Of a stretch of DNA of 64,000 nucleotides, positions 28,527 through 38,709 are shown in pieces. Source of the DNA: a virus; the IMG/VR virus record IMGVR_UViG_3300046501_000246; one strand, 5' to 3'. Within the stretch, counting starts at the first letter, position 1. Each line of letters starts with the position of its first letter. Below the pieces are notes generated by a model. It made no database searches. It was not told the DNA's origin and saw only the letters and a list, made by a program, of their open reading frames with translations. A program made the position numbers and the translations under genes.

Positions 28527-29585
28527 AGAAATGAATGAGGTAGAGAAAGCCGAGTGTGAGGCTATCACTAAGGAGATGCACTCTCAGGCAAGAAATATTT
28601 TGAAAGATAAAGAAAAAACTGTGTGGCTGTTTAAACCTAAGCCGCCTGAGCCGGTTGGCTACATAACTACCCCGATGGGCGAATACCAAACATCAGCCTC
28701 AATCGCGAAAGAGGTTCAAGAATTCTTTGATTCGACCCGCAGAGAGAATACGGGAGCAATCGGCGGTCAATATAGTTATATATTTACTGACACGCAGCTA
28801 GGCCTCATCCTAGAAATCAAAGACGGTTTTACCAATAGAACTATCAACGCAACTGACTTCAGTGATTTTTAAGTGCAGAAAGGGAAATGCGAAATGAAGC
28901 CTGAAATTTATTACGAAAACAAGAAAGACCGGATCGCCAAGCTCTCGGTACTGGTAAACCTCTCTATCCCCCGCGCCGCCAAGTATGGCGGGAAGGACCT
29001 GAATATCCTTCGTGGTCACGTCCTAGATTTTATCGCGATGACGCCCGACGTTACTGACGATTACACAGATACTACGTGGGTCGCATGTTGGAAGACCACT
29101 TATGCCCGCATCTCTGACGCGATCCGAGACATTAAGGAAATCGGGGATTATCGCTTGGATCAGAAGCGTAAGGAACTTGCCACTGTTGCAAATTCTCTTC
29201 TGCCACCGCGCCGCGCCGTATTCTGGATCGATTAACAAAGTAGTTTTATTTTATGAAACCCTTTATTCATGCAAGGTCAAGTGCCGCCAAGTTTGGCGGC
29301 ACTCCTTCAGATTATATTAAAATTCATGAATATTTCGACAGCACAAAATCAAGTCATGCCGATGTGCGTCACAGAGCAATTCTTCATACCGCGTTCGGCA
29401 TTTATCTAGTGGCAGACGTGTTTGGTCATCATATCACGAACAGTGATGGCAAAACTGTCTCAGTCAGAGATATTGGCGAGCAACACGTTATGGAAGACTT
29501 GGGTCGAATCCCCTCAATGTCTGATTATTTAAATCATATGACAATTGAAGATTGGATGATGGGACCGCATTCACGGACACGATAA
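28516..29585 (+). CDS. three hypothetical proteins (28516-28872; 28891-29235; 29253-29585 DUF6915-like)
   Basis: ORF track; HARSSA.KFGG...IHE.FD.TK...RHRAILHT pattern in the last. Confidence 0.6.
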
Positions 29586-29606
29586 GCACTTAGAAAGTTT
29601 AATTTA

Positions 29607-30788
29607 ATGAATTACGAATTCCCTCGGATCGTTCACATTCAGCAAGCGCTTGATGCAATCAAAGGCGATGAAGACCTTTTCTACGTCGTGGAAAAAGATG
29701 GCTACACCGTCATTAACTACAAGCTGCCATGCAACAAGACATTTCCGCCTGTTGTAGATCGTAACACTGCGATTCGTAGGGAACTTCGTGGCATTAAGTT
29801 TGACAGCACAACGGGCGAGACTATATCTCGTGTTTACCATAAATTTTTCAATGCGGGAGAACGTGAAGAAACTCTTCTTCCCTCTATCGATATTTCAAAA
29901 ATCTATAATCGTTTGGAAAAGCTTGATGGGTCTATGGTTCATCCGTTACGAATCAGGGGTGCTCAACGTTGGGCCACCAAAATGGGTATTACTGATACCT
30001 CAATGCAAACCGAGAATTGGCTGGTCGCTAATCATTTTCAGGAAATTATTGAATTTTGCAACGAAGCTATGGATGACGGCTTTACTCCTATTTTTGAATG
30101 GTGCAGCCGTTTGAATAGAATTGTTGTGGATTATCCAGTAGATAGGCTTGTGCTGACTGCTGTTCGCCACACCTTTGATGGTTGGTACATGACCTACGAC
30201 GAAATGGTTAACTGTGACTCGGTAAAAGAATACGGCATCGAAGTTGTGAGCAAAAACGAAGCTCCCCTTCATTCTATGGCAGAATATGTTAATTTCATCT
30301 ACGAACTGAAGTCCGACGAAATGACTGAAGGTGAAGTCCTTCGCTTTCACGACGGCCACATGGTCAAGGTGAAGACGCAAGATTATATCAATCTTCACCG
30401 CACCAAGGATAAGATTCAGAAAGAAAGACACTTCGTCGCTATCCTCTTGGCTCAGCAACTAGACGATCTAAAGCCATTCATGCTAGCCGAAGATTTGGCT
30501 CGTGCAGAGGCTTACGAGATTCAATTAAACAAAAACATTGCAGAGCTTGGCAATACGCTGTTCGGTGAAGTCAACGCTATTTTGAAGCAGCGCCTTCCGC
30601 GTAAGGACTTCGCAATAAATTCAAAGGCTCCTCCATTGATTAAGTCCATCATTTTCCACCTATGGGATAAAGATTTTCCATTGGATGAGATGGAAGATGA
30701 AATAATGAACCGGCTCCGAGAGGCGTGTGAATCTGAGCAGAAATTTGAACGAGTCAAACCCTTAATCTTGAAAGGATGCGAGTGGTGA
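29607..30788 (+). CDS. RNA ligase 1 (T4 Rnl1-like)
   Basis: RELRGIKF, YHKFFN.GE, motif I EKLDGS, TPIFE, EGEVL, VKVKT.DY. Confidence 0.88.
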   Translation: MNYEFPRIVHIQQALDAIKGDEDLFYVVEKDGYTVINYKLPCNKTFPPVVDRNTAIRRELRGIKFDSTTGETISRVYHKFFNAGEREETLLPSIDISKIYNRLEKLDGSMVHPLRIRGAQRWATKMGITDTSMQTENWLVANHFQEIIEFCNEAMDDGFTPIFEWCSRLNRIVVDYPVDRLVLTAVRHTFDGWYMTYDEMVNCDSVKEYGIEVVSKNEAPLHSMAEYVNFIYELKSDEMTEGEVLRFHDGHMVKVKTQDYINLHRTKDKIQKERHFVAILLAQQLDDLKPFMLAEDLARAEAYEIQLNKNIAELGNTLFGEVNAILKQRLPRKDFAINSKAPPLIKSIIFHLWDKDFPLDEMEDEIMNRLREACESEQKFERVKPLILKGCEW

Positions 30789-31036
30789 AGAAGTTTATAA
30801 TCTTTGGTCTTATTGCTTTAGGTCTAACGTCTTGCGCCGAAGATGTTAAAGTGGGCGATTATGTATATGCTCGTAAGTTTAACGGTATGCTCAGCGACGA
30901 TACTGCTATATTTGGCAAAGTAGTGTCTAAGCAGGAGTGGGGCGTTCAGACAATTGTAGAGACTTGCAACGGAGAATTTTTCTTCATTGATAATGACAAA
31001 CTGTCTCTAGATATTTCCGGAAAGACTTGCAAATGA
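30785..31036 (+). CDS. lipoprotein paralog 1
   Basis: signal peptide with lipobox LTSC. Confidence 0.75.
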   Translation: MKKFIIFGLIALGLTSCAEDVKVGDYVYARKFNGMLSDDTAIFGKVVSKQEWGVQTIVETCNGEFFFIDNDKLSLDISGKTCK

Positions 31037-31257
31037 AAAACATTCTAGTTTTAGCAATCGTTGCTTTAGGTCTAACGTCCTGCATCGATAAGGGTGATTT
31101 TGTCTATGTCAGAAGCGCAGAAGGCCCAACTAATTTTGGTTACGTCGTAGGAATGAACCCTGATTCTTTAATCTTTGTAAAACTTTGTGACGGCACAGTG
31201 ATTAGCGCATCTAGCGGCTACATGGCTGAAGCCCCTGACGGGGAAGTATGCCCATGA
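31033..31257 (+). CDS. lipoprotein paralog 2
   Basis: signal peptide with lipobox LTSC. Confidence 0.75.
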   Translation: MKNILVLAIVALGLTSCIDKGDFVYVRSAEGPTNFGYVVGMNPDSLIFVKLCDGTVISASSGYMAEAPDGEVCP

Positions 31258-31490
31258 GCAGCACGGTTAAACTTTTAATCTTTGGCCTAATCACTTTAGG
31301 CCTCACATCTTGTGGTCCTGAAGTTGGACAGAATGTTTACGTCGGTGCTAAAGGCGGACCAACCCTTTTGGGAGTCGTTGTTGCTGGTGGATACAATAGG
31401 GATTTTTCTGTCGTGAGACTTTGCGATGGCCAAACTTTCTCCGTGAAGACTGACAATCTCATTGTCACTGACGAAGTCTGCTCCCAATGA
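31254..31490 (+). CDS. lipoprotein paralog 3
   Basis: signal peptide with lipobox LTSC. Confidence 0.75.
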   Translation: MSSTVKLLIFGLITLGLTSCGPEVGQNVYVGAKGGPTLLGVVVAGGYNRDFSVVRLCDGQTFSVKTDNLIVTDEVCSQ

Positions 31491-33041
31491 GTGAGTGCCA
31501 AGGTTGCGACACTTGCCCCTTCACTGAGACGGTCGAAACACTTCATTACGAAATACATGTCACTGTAGATCACCGTGAGACTTTCGTAGACGATTGCTAT
31601 GCCATAGGGGTTAAGCCTGTCATCATTGACATGGGCGACGATGTGCCTACTCATTCTATGACTAGCTCGACGTTAAAAGATTCAAATGACACTGCGGCAT
31701 TTGTCACGGCTCACTCCATCGCAAAAGCCTTGGAAGATATTGGTTACGACGTAGAACGTATCAAAATCGAAACGGTTCCATGGCACCCTAAAACTTCCAA
31801 CCCTGAGCCGGAACAATATTTTGAAACGCATTTCGCGTTCAAAGTTGAAGGCGACGGTTACATGCTTAACCAAATGCTTAAGATGGCGAAATGGCTTCAT
31901 CCTTCACGTAATCTCTTGAAGAAGGGTGAGGATAGAATTCAGATGGTCACTTACCGAAGGCATGACGTTGATTCTAAAACTTATTTAGAATCAATTGACG
32001 ATATGCAGAAGGTGTTTCTAGACAATCACTTAAAGCTCGACAAAGTGATTACAGAATTCGCCCTCTATGACACAAACGAAAGAATGGACGATCCGTGGTT
32101 AAGGTCCAGTTTTAAAAGAAGAAAAGATTAAAATGACTGAATATTTGTACAATCCTGATATGGCTCTTGTGGACCAGTTTGATTTCCTAAGAGATAACAT
32201 TCGCCCCACGGCTTATACAGATGCTGCAATTGCCGATGCGATGGAACGACTCTATGACGCCATCGTGCCAGTTATGCAGGGTTATCGCGACACGTTGGCC
32301 GAAGATGATCCCCTTGCGATCTATCTAAATTACTTCACCCGCACCGCCATTGATATTTTGGAGGATGAAAATGCTGAACCCGAACTTTATGCAACAGTAC
32401 CACTTGGAAGCGTCATTGAAGGGAAGTTCACTAAAATCCCTGCTCTGTCTACTGTTCGCATCACTGCTGCCTCCCCTCTTGGTGATGTTGGCGTCACTCG
32501 TAATCTATCAGCATCTCGTGGCTTTGAAACTCGCGTCTTTTGGGACAGCCTGACAGATTACCGCGTAACCGCTGAAAAGGAAATCAAAAATGAAGTCGAA
32601 TGAAGAAATCCGTGCCGCCTATTCGCAGTTCCGTTTAGATTATAACGATTATCTAAATTCAGAAGCCCCACAAGAAGAGAAGGAAGATATGTTCGAACTT
32701 CCCGTTGGTATTAATGTCATTTGGGCCAGTGGCGATGTTAATGCCGTGCCACTTGACCCTGCCGAACGCCGATATTTTACTTTCTTTGGAGCCTGATAAT
32801 GACTGAGACGCCTGTCACTGAAATTATTCTTGTAGATGCAGACACTTATGTAGGCATTTACGTCAACGGTGAACTTTATTTTTGGGGCGACCGTTACGAC
32901 CTAGATTTTGATTACGGCCTAGAGTTGGGCGCTGCCAATCCTGATTACAGTCTTACTTACAAAGATGTTGATTTTGAGTGGCTAGATGCAATCGGCGGCG
33001 GTAATATGCCTGAGAAATTGGAAGATGTTAAATTTGCCTAA
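31487..33041 (+). CDS. hypothetical proteins (31487-32131, 32133-32603, 32590-32796, 32799-33041)
   Basis: ORF track; tight packing. Confidence 0.65.
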
Positions 33042-33549
33042 GAAATTTTTGATCATGTTAGTCGGCTTACCCTGTACCGGCAAGTCCACGTTCCGCCAAA
33101 GATTGAAGCAAGACTTTGAATTCCTTACCATTTCCTCCGACGATTATATTGAATCGTGGGGCAGGGCGAAAGGAAAAACTTACAGCGAAGTGTTTCCCGA
33201 CTATGTCAAGGATGCTACTCACCGTATCGAAGAAGATGCACGTGTGGCTAAAATTAAAGAGCTTGACGTGGTTTGGGATCAAACTAACTTAACCGTTTCG
33301 AAGCGGAAGAAAATCCTTGACAAATTCGATAATTATGTTAAGATATGCGTACATTTTGAAATCGATGTTCATTTGGAATGGATGAGACGGTTGTACCGTA
33401 GGGCAGGAGAAGAAGGGAAGTATATTCCTTTTCACGTCTTGGAAAGTATGGACCGCTCCTCTGAATATCCACAATACTCAGAAGGTTTTGATTGGATCGT
33501 AGATGATGAAGATTTTCGTGCCGATTTTGTGAAGGAGTTAATTAAGTAA
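33034..33549 (+). CDS. P-loop kinase, Pnkp-kinase/AAA_33-like (start 33025 or 33034)
   Basis: VGLPCTGKSTF, ISSDD, VVWDQTNLT...R. Confidence 0.8.
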   Translation: MPKKFLIMLVGLPCTGKSTFRQRLKQDFEFLTISSDDYIESWGRAKGKTYSEVFPDYVKDATHRIEEDARVAKIKELDVVWDQTNLTVSKRKKILDKFDNYVKICVHFEIDVHLEWMRRLYRRAGEEGKYIPFHVLESMDRSSEYPQYSEGFDWIVDDEDFRADFVKELIK

Positions 33550-34094
33550 TGCCTAACGTTTACTTCACCAGTGATACCCACTTGGGCCATGCCAGAATTG
33601 TCACTATCGGCGCGGGTCGCCCCTTCAAAACCATTCAGGAACACGACGCCGAATTGATTAAGCGGTGGAACGAACGTGTCAAACCTGATGATGTTGTGTT
33701 CCATCTCGGAGATTTCAATTACAAGTCTTCTGTTGACGCTGATTTCTATCTGAAGCAACTCAACGGCAGGAAATTCCTTATCGTTGGAAACCACGACAAG
33801 CAAAAGACCATCACAGCTGATGGTTGGGAAGTTGCTCCGCTTCCGTACCAAGAGCTTGAACTGAATGGCATGCTGATCACACTTTGCCATTATCCCATCG
33901 AAGAGTGGAACGGCTATCACAAGGGCTCGTGGATGCTGCACGGCCATGTCCATGGCATGACGAAAACTGTTCCGATCAGGAAGAATAGAGTAGATGTAGG
34001 CGTTGATAATTTTAATTTTGCGCCTGCAACGTTTGAAGAAATTCAGGAGTTTAATAGAAAGGCTTTAAATGCCGAAGTACCTGCGTCAAGTTAA
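33549..34094 (+). CDS. calcineurin-like metallophosphoesterase
   Basis: FTSDTHLGH, HLGDF, VGNHD, LCHYP, LHGHVH. Confidence 0.88.
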   Translation: MPNVYFTSDTHLGHARIVTIGAGRPFKTIQEHDAELIKRWNERVKPDDVVFHLGDFNYKSSVDADFYLKQLNGRKFLIVGNHDKQKTITADGWEVAPLPYQELELNGMLITLCHYPIEEWNGYHKGSWMLHGHVHGMTKTVPIRKNRVDVGVDNFNFAPATFEEIQEFNRKALNAEVPASS

Positions 34095-34320
34095 TCAAGA
34101 GGTGGAGGCTTTTAAAATTGGAAATGATGGACCTACGCCTGTCCCTGACTGGTTTCCTTCCAATTATGAAATAGTCAGAGTTGGCATTGTGTTCGAATCT
34201 TCAAAGGGAGATTACAGTTTAGCTCCTTGGGGAAGTTACATAGTGAAATATGAAGGCGAAGATTTATTAGGAGTAATGAGTGCTCAGACATTTGAGTATC
34301 ACTTCACTCTAGTTCCATAA
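34069..34320 (+). CDS. hypothetical protein
   Basis: ORF track. Confidence 0.55.
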   Translation: MPKYLRQVNQEVEAFKIGNDGPTPVPDWFPSNYEIVRVGIVFESSKGDYSLAPWGSYIVKYEGEDLLGVMSAQTFEYHFTLVP

Positions 34321-34355
34321 CAATAATAAAAACAAAATAGAATAGGAATGGGCAT

Positions 34356-34856
34356 TTGACCACAATCGCATTTCGTGACGGCGTACTAGTTTCAGATTCA
34401 AAAATTACTGGTAATGGTATTTTTGTGGGGGAATATCAGAAGATTTTTAAACTAACCGTAGAAGAGCAGCTGTCATGGATCGACAGAATTGTTTTTCGAA
34501 AAGAGCCGGAACAAATTGATTATTTGGTAGGCGCTGCTGGTTCAGTTGAAGATTTTAACGATTTTATTGAGTGCATTTTCTTTGGGGCGCAACGAGAAAA
34601 AGCAGAATATGACTGCTCCGTGATTGCCGTCTCCTGCGACGAAAATGATGAATACTCAATCAGGATGTACGACGGCACCAATCTAAAGGGCTTCGAAGTC
34701 AAGGCAAAATATGCCGCAATCGGCTCAGGTTCCCCCATTGCATTAGGAGCGTTATATCAAGGCGCTACGGCCGAAGAAGCGGTACAAGCCGCGATGCATC
34801 ATGACAATGGCAGTGGTGGTGAAATTCAAAAGGTGAGTTTCACAGAAGATGAATGA
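34356..34856 (+). CDS. Ntn-hydrolase / HslV-proteasome-beta-like protein
   Basis: N-terminal (M)TTIA...DSK; AIGSGS..ALGAL, A.EAV..A..D..SGG; TTG start. Confidence 0.7.
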   Translation: MTTIAFRDGVLVSDSKITGNGIFVGEYQKIFKLTVEEQLSWIDRIVFRKEPEQIDYLVGAAGSVEDFNDFIECIFFGAQREKAEYDCSVIAVSCDENDEYSIRMYDGTNLKGFEVKAKYAAIGSGSPIALGALYQGATAEEAVQAAMHHDNGSGGEIQKVSFTEDE

Positions 34857-35024
34857 AAAAGAAAGAGACTACGGCGAGCTTACCAAATATTTCAATATGC
34901 TTCGCGAAGGAAACGCAATCGCGTCTCGGTTCCACAACAATATCATTTCGGAACATAGTGCAAAGACTCTGTTTGTCAAGATGATTGAAAATATGACGAA
35001 GCAGGTTTTGAAAGATAATAAATA

Positions 35025-35375
35025 ATGAATATTATGATTGATTACGACGCGACCTATACAGCTGATATTTCTCTGTGGAGAATGGTCATACCTATGTTTT
35101 TGGACCACGGCCATAAGGTCTATCTAGTCACATCAAGGGGAAGAGACACGCCGGTTGAACTGGTTAATGATTTCACTCCCCTAAATATTCCCATCATCTA
35201 TTGCACGTACCGAGCCAAGAAAAAAGTCTGCGAGGCTCAGGGAATTAAAATTGATATTTGGATCGATGACGATCCCTATTACATCGTACATGGATTCATT
35301 GAAGATGCTGAAGATATTCAAAACGGACCCGGAGACAGTAACACCGTTTGGCATTTGGCTGGCGGTAAGGCTTAA
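35025..35375 (+). CDS. HAD-like small protein
   Basis: IDYDATYT, LVTSR, IDIWIDDDP. Confidence 0.65.
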   Translation: MNIMIDYDATYTADISLWRMVIPMFLDHGHKVYLVTSRGRDTPVELVNDFTPLNIPIIYCTYRAKKKVCEAQGIKIDIWIDDDPYYIVHGFIEDAEDIQNGPGDSNTVWHLAGGKA

Positions 35376-35790
35376 CCGAGGCGTAAACTTTATTTGGCCC
35401 TTCGTGCGCCGCGAGAAATATGAAGACGCGCTGGCACGAAACAGGCAAATCAGCTTTGAATTATATCAAAGCCTAGAAAATTTGGAAGAGTTGGAAAAGT
35501 TTCAATTTACTAAAGGCCAACGATACCTCCCGTTTCCTGATTATGAATATTCGTTCAAGCATCAGGAAACGGGAGATGAGCGCCCCTTTACCCGAATAAG
35601 TTTAAGCGCCAAACCTCTTCAAAGTCATTATCATGTTGATACCTATCGATTAAATTTTGAAGAGAGTTCAGACTATATTAAAAATTTATTGATACGCCAA
35701 GCCGGTGAACTTTTCAGAAAAAAGGGAGAGGCTGATATGCGTCAAGTTATTGAAAGTTTATCCCAAAATGACGACAGGAAAATTTATTAA
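35251..35790 (+). CDS. hypothetical protein (true start unclear, probably near 35350-35390)
   Basis: ORF track; fills the gap before Rnl2. Confidence 0.5.
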   Translation: MIFGSMTIPITSYMDSLKMLKIFKTDPETVTPFGIWLAVRLNRGVNFIWPFVRREKYEDALARNRQISFELYQSLENLEELEKFQFTKGQRYLPFPDYEYSFKHQETGDERPFTRISLSAKPLQSHYHVDTYRLNFEESSDYIKNLLIRQAGELFRKKGEADMRQVIESLSQNDDRKIY

Positions 35791-36760
35791 ATTCCCTTCT
35801 ATCGAAGCGTTTTCAAGTGTTAATGCAACGGTTAAAAGACGTTTTGAACTTGACAATCGGCCAAAGGTGGTGTACCGTGGCAAAGTCAAACTTCACGGAA
35901 CGAACGCCGGAATTCGCGTCGATCCAGATGGCACAGTGACTTGCTTCAAGAGAACCGGAGTCTGCAACGTCGAGAACGATAATGCGGGATTTGCTAATTG
36001 GGTGGAGACTGTTAAAAAGCAGCTGTTCACGTTCGGCTTCAGTTATGTAATTTATGGTGAGTGGGCCGGTCCCGGAATCCAGAAGAAAGTAGCTGTATCT
36101 CAAATTGAGAAGAAAACGTTCTTTGTTTTCGCCATTTTAAATATGCACACGAATAAAATTGTGGTAGACCCGGATCGCATAAAGGCGTGCCTTGGTAAAG
36201 AAATTTTGCCATTCGAAATTATTCCTTGGGCTAAAGGAACTGACGTAGAGGTCGATTTCCGTCTTCAAAGTTCAATGGAAGCCGCGACCAAAAACATTTC
36301 TTCTTGGGTAGAAGAATGTGACAAGGTTGATCCTTATATTAAAGAGCGTTACGGGATTGAAGGCATTGGCGAAGGGTATGTTTTTATTCCTCTAGTTGAT
36401 GAGATGTCATTCGATGTTTACAGCGATTACATTTTCAAGGCTAAAGGTGAAAGTCATCACGTCTCATCTTCGGAGAAGAAGGTTTCGATCCAAATCGATC
36501 CAGCCGTGTTAGAAGGTGCAGCGGCTTTTGCCAAGGAGTTTGTTACTCAAGGTCGCTGCGAACAAGGCGTAACTGAAGCTTGCGGCGGGGAAGCCGTGAT
36601 GAAGAATATGGGCGCTTTCATGAAGTGGATCGGCCAAGACGTGCAGAAAGAATCCGTTAATGAGTTGGAAGCTTCTGGCCTAGATTGGAAGAACGTTTCT
36701 AAAGCCGTAAACCAACAAGCGAGAGATTGGTATATCCTCGCAACTGAGAGGAATTTATAA
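35768..36760 (+). CDS. RNA ligase 2 family (Rnl2-like)
   Basis: KFPSIE, motif I KVKLHGTNAG, IYGEWAGPGIQK, FVFAI, EGYV, FKAKG. Confidence 0.8.
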   Translation: MTTGKFIKFPSIEAFSSVNATVKRRFELDNRPKVVYRGKVKLHGTNAGIRVDPDGTVTCFKRTGVCNVENDNAGFANWVETVKKQLFTFGFSYVIYGEWAGPGIQKKVAVSQIEKKTFFVFAILNMHTNKIVVDPDRIKACLGKEILPFEIIPWAKGTDVEVDFRLQSSMEAATKNISSWVEECDKVDPYIKERYGIEGIGEGYVFIPLVDEMSFDVYSDYIFKAKGESHHVSSSEKKVSIQIDPAVLEGAAAFAKEFVTQGRCEQGVTEACGGEAVMKNMGAFMKWIGQDVQKESVNELEASGLDWKNVSKAVNQQARDWYILATERNL

Positions 36761-37629
36761 TGTCTAATGAGTCTTTTAATGATTACGTACTTTTTGATCT
36801 CGAAACCTTGAATCAAGTTCATGGTAGCGACTTTTATAACATTTCTTATGTACCGCCTTCACCCGAAGTAGTTCGTGAGGCAGGCGAACTTAACGCTCTC
36901 GATAATGATTATGCAGTTGTAGGGGATAAGTTCTACGACGCCCTAGCCGGTGAAATTGAAGTAATTTTTGTTTCTGAGTTTGGCCAGATCGTTGCTAAAT
37001 TTAGTGACGGCTCTATCTCGCTGTTTGAAAGTGTAGAAGATATTGAGGATGACGGTTTTGTCAAGATTATGGAAACTGATGGCTGGATCAACGTGATTCG
37101 CGACACAGATTTCAACGATATTTTCTTTGACGAAGGCGTTTATGTCACGAAGGATGACGCCGTAAATGCTTTCGAAGACACTAGGTTGTCGTCTTGGGAA
37201 CTGCTTGATACGACTTACATCTCGTGGAGCAATATTAAGAATGACTGACAAACCAGAGATTTGGGTAAGTCACGGCAATACGGAAAGTGGCGATCCCATC
37301 GCCATTCTCCTTTGGCCCAAGATGCCACTTCGTAGCGAAGTAAAGAAAGTTTATATGGAGCTTTATCCTGATGAGTACGAAGAAGTTGGCCAAGTTTACT
37401 TCGATATCGAACTAGCAAGTTGGGGAAATAAATAATGAGATACGAAGATAGAATCATTATCTTAAAGGGAATTCGAGATTTACTTGACGATGCCATAGAT
37501 ATGCACGAGACTAAAATGTATTCTCAAGAGGGTAGAGAATTTGTTGTTGCATTATATGAACAGGCTGACAAAAATATCGAAATTGCAAAAGAATTTTTGA
37601 ATACGTTGGAGCCTTGGGACGCGCTATGA
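36760..37629 (+). CDS. hypothetical proteins (acidic 36760-37248; 37241-37435; 37435-37629)
   Basis: ORF track; TAATG/ATGA junctions. Confidence 0.6.
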
Positions 37630-37886
37630 GCAAAGCAAAAATCGGCTATCATCTCACCGAAATCAAGAAGGGCGTCTTGGGTCAAAGCTCAAAGATTTTA
37701 GAAGAAATTCTTGAACTTCAGGATGCGGAACGACAGGGCTGTAGGGTTATGGCCCTTGTTGAATTATCTGACATGGTAGGCGCGATTCAGGCTTACCTAG
37801 ACAACAAGTATCCCGATATGAATCTTGCCGATCTAATGATAATGGCAGGAATTACGAAGCGAGCTTTTGATAATGGCCGAAGATGA
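37626..37886 (+). CDS. small MazG-like all-alpha NTP pyrophosphatase-fold protein
   Basis: GYH...KG.LG..SKILEE..E..DA...LVELSD (EExxE / ExxD pattern). Confidence 0.55.
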   Translation: MSKAKIGYHLTEIKKGVLGQSSKILEEILELQDAERQGCRVMALVELSDMVGAIQAYLDNKYPDMNLADLMIMAGITKRAFDNGRR

Positions 37887-38049
37887 TGAAGATTACCAGC
37901 GCGTAAGAGAATTACTATTGGAACAGTTGCGCCATCTGGACCAAGAATATAAAATGCGGGCCAGACCAATTATAGATAAACTTGCGCAGCTTGAAGCTTA
38001 TCGACCTTGTTCATTTTTAAGAGAGTTGTCATGGAAGACGATAACCTGA
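37873..38049 (+). CDS. hypothetical protein
   Basis: ORF track. Confidence 0.5.
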   Translation: MAEDDEDYQRVRELLLEQLRHLDQEYKMRARPIIDKLAQLEAYRPCSFLRELSWKTIT

Positions 38050-38582
38050 TCCGGTACGACTTAATCGCCGAAGCTTTAGATTATTACAAATCAAAAGGTT
38101 ACGTGGAGATTAATGTTCCTTGGCATGTCAGACCCGAAATTTCGGCGCTGACTTGCCCAAGTCCCGACAGAGCCTATCCATTTGAGGATGGCGTCTTTGT
38201 CGGCTCGGCTGAACAATCTATGATCCAAATGGCTGTGGATGGCGAGCTAGTTGAAGGCGGATATTATGTTTCTTGCTCGCCATGTTTCAGGAATGAGCCT
38301 GTCTTAGATCAACTCCACCAAAAATATTTTATGAAGGTCGAACTGTTTCATTTCGGAACAGACCAAGACCCTTACAACAAAATCCGCAGAGACGCCTACA
38401 ACTTCTTTAGAACTTTAACTAATAAAACTATTTATTGGACGTTCGAAAACGAGTCTGAGACAGATACGGATTTCGAAATCGACGGTGTCGAAATCGGCTC
38501 ATACAATTATCGAACCGGCTTAGGCATTACGTGGACTTGTGGTACTGGCCTCGCATTGCCGAGATTTACGAAGGTGATGTGA
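38031..38582 (+). CDS. stand-alone class II aminoacyl-tRNA-synthetase-like catalytic core (SerRS-like)
   Basis: motif 1 EINVP, GSAEQ, motif 2 SPCFRNE...HQKYFMKVEL, EIGSY, motif 3 CGTGLALPRF; only about 184 aa. Confidence 0.7.
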   Translation: MEDDNLIRYDLIAEALDYYKSKGYVEINVPWHVRPEISALTCPSPDRAYPFEDGVFVGSAEQSMIQMAVDGELVEGGYYVSCSPCFRNEPVLDQLHQKYFMKVELFHFGTDQDPYNKIRRDAYNFFRTLTNKTIYWTFENESETDTDFEIDGVEIGSYNYRTGLGITWTCGTGLALPRFTKVM

Positions 38583-38709
38583 TGTTCCAAATTGCTTGGG
38601 TAATGTTTGACGGTTCATTTGAACTTGCAAACGAATTTGCCTCATTGAGTGAACTACATGAATGGGCCAGAAAATGGCCATCGTCAAAATATGTTTGGAG
38701 ACAAATCTG

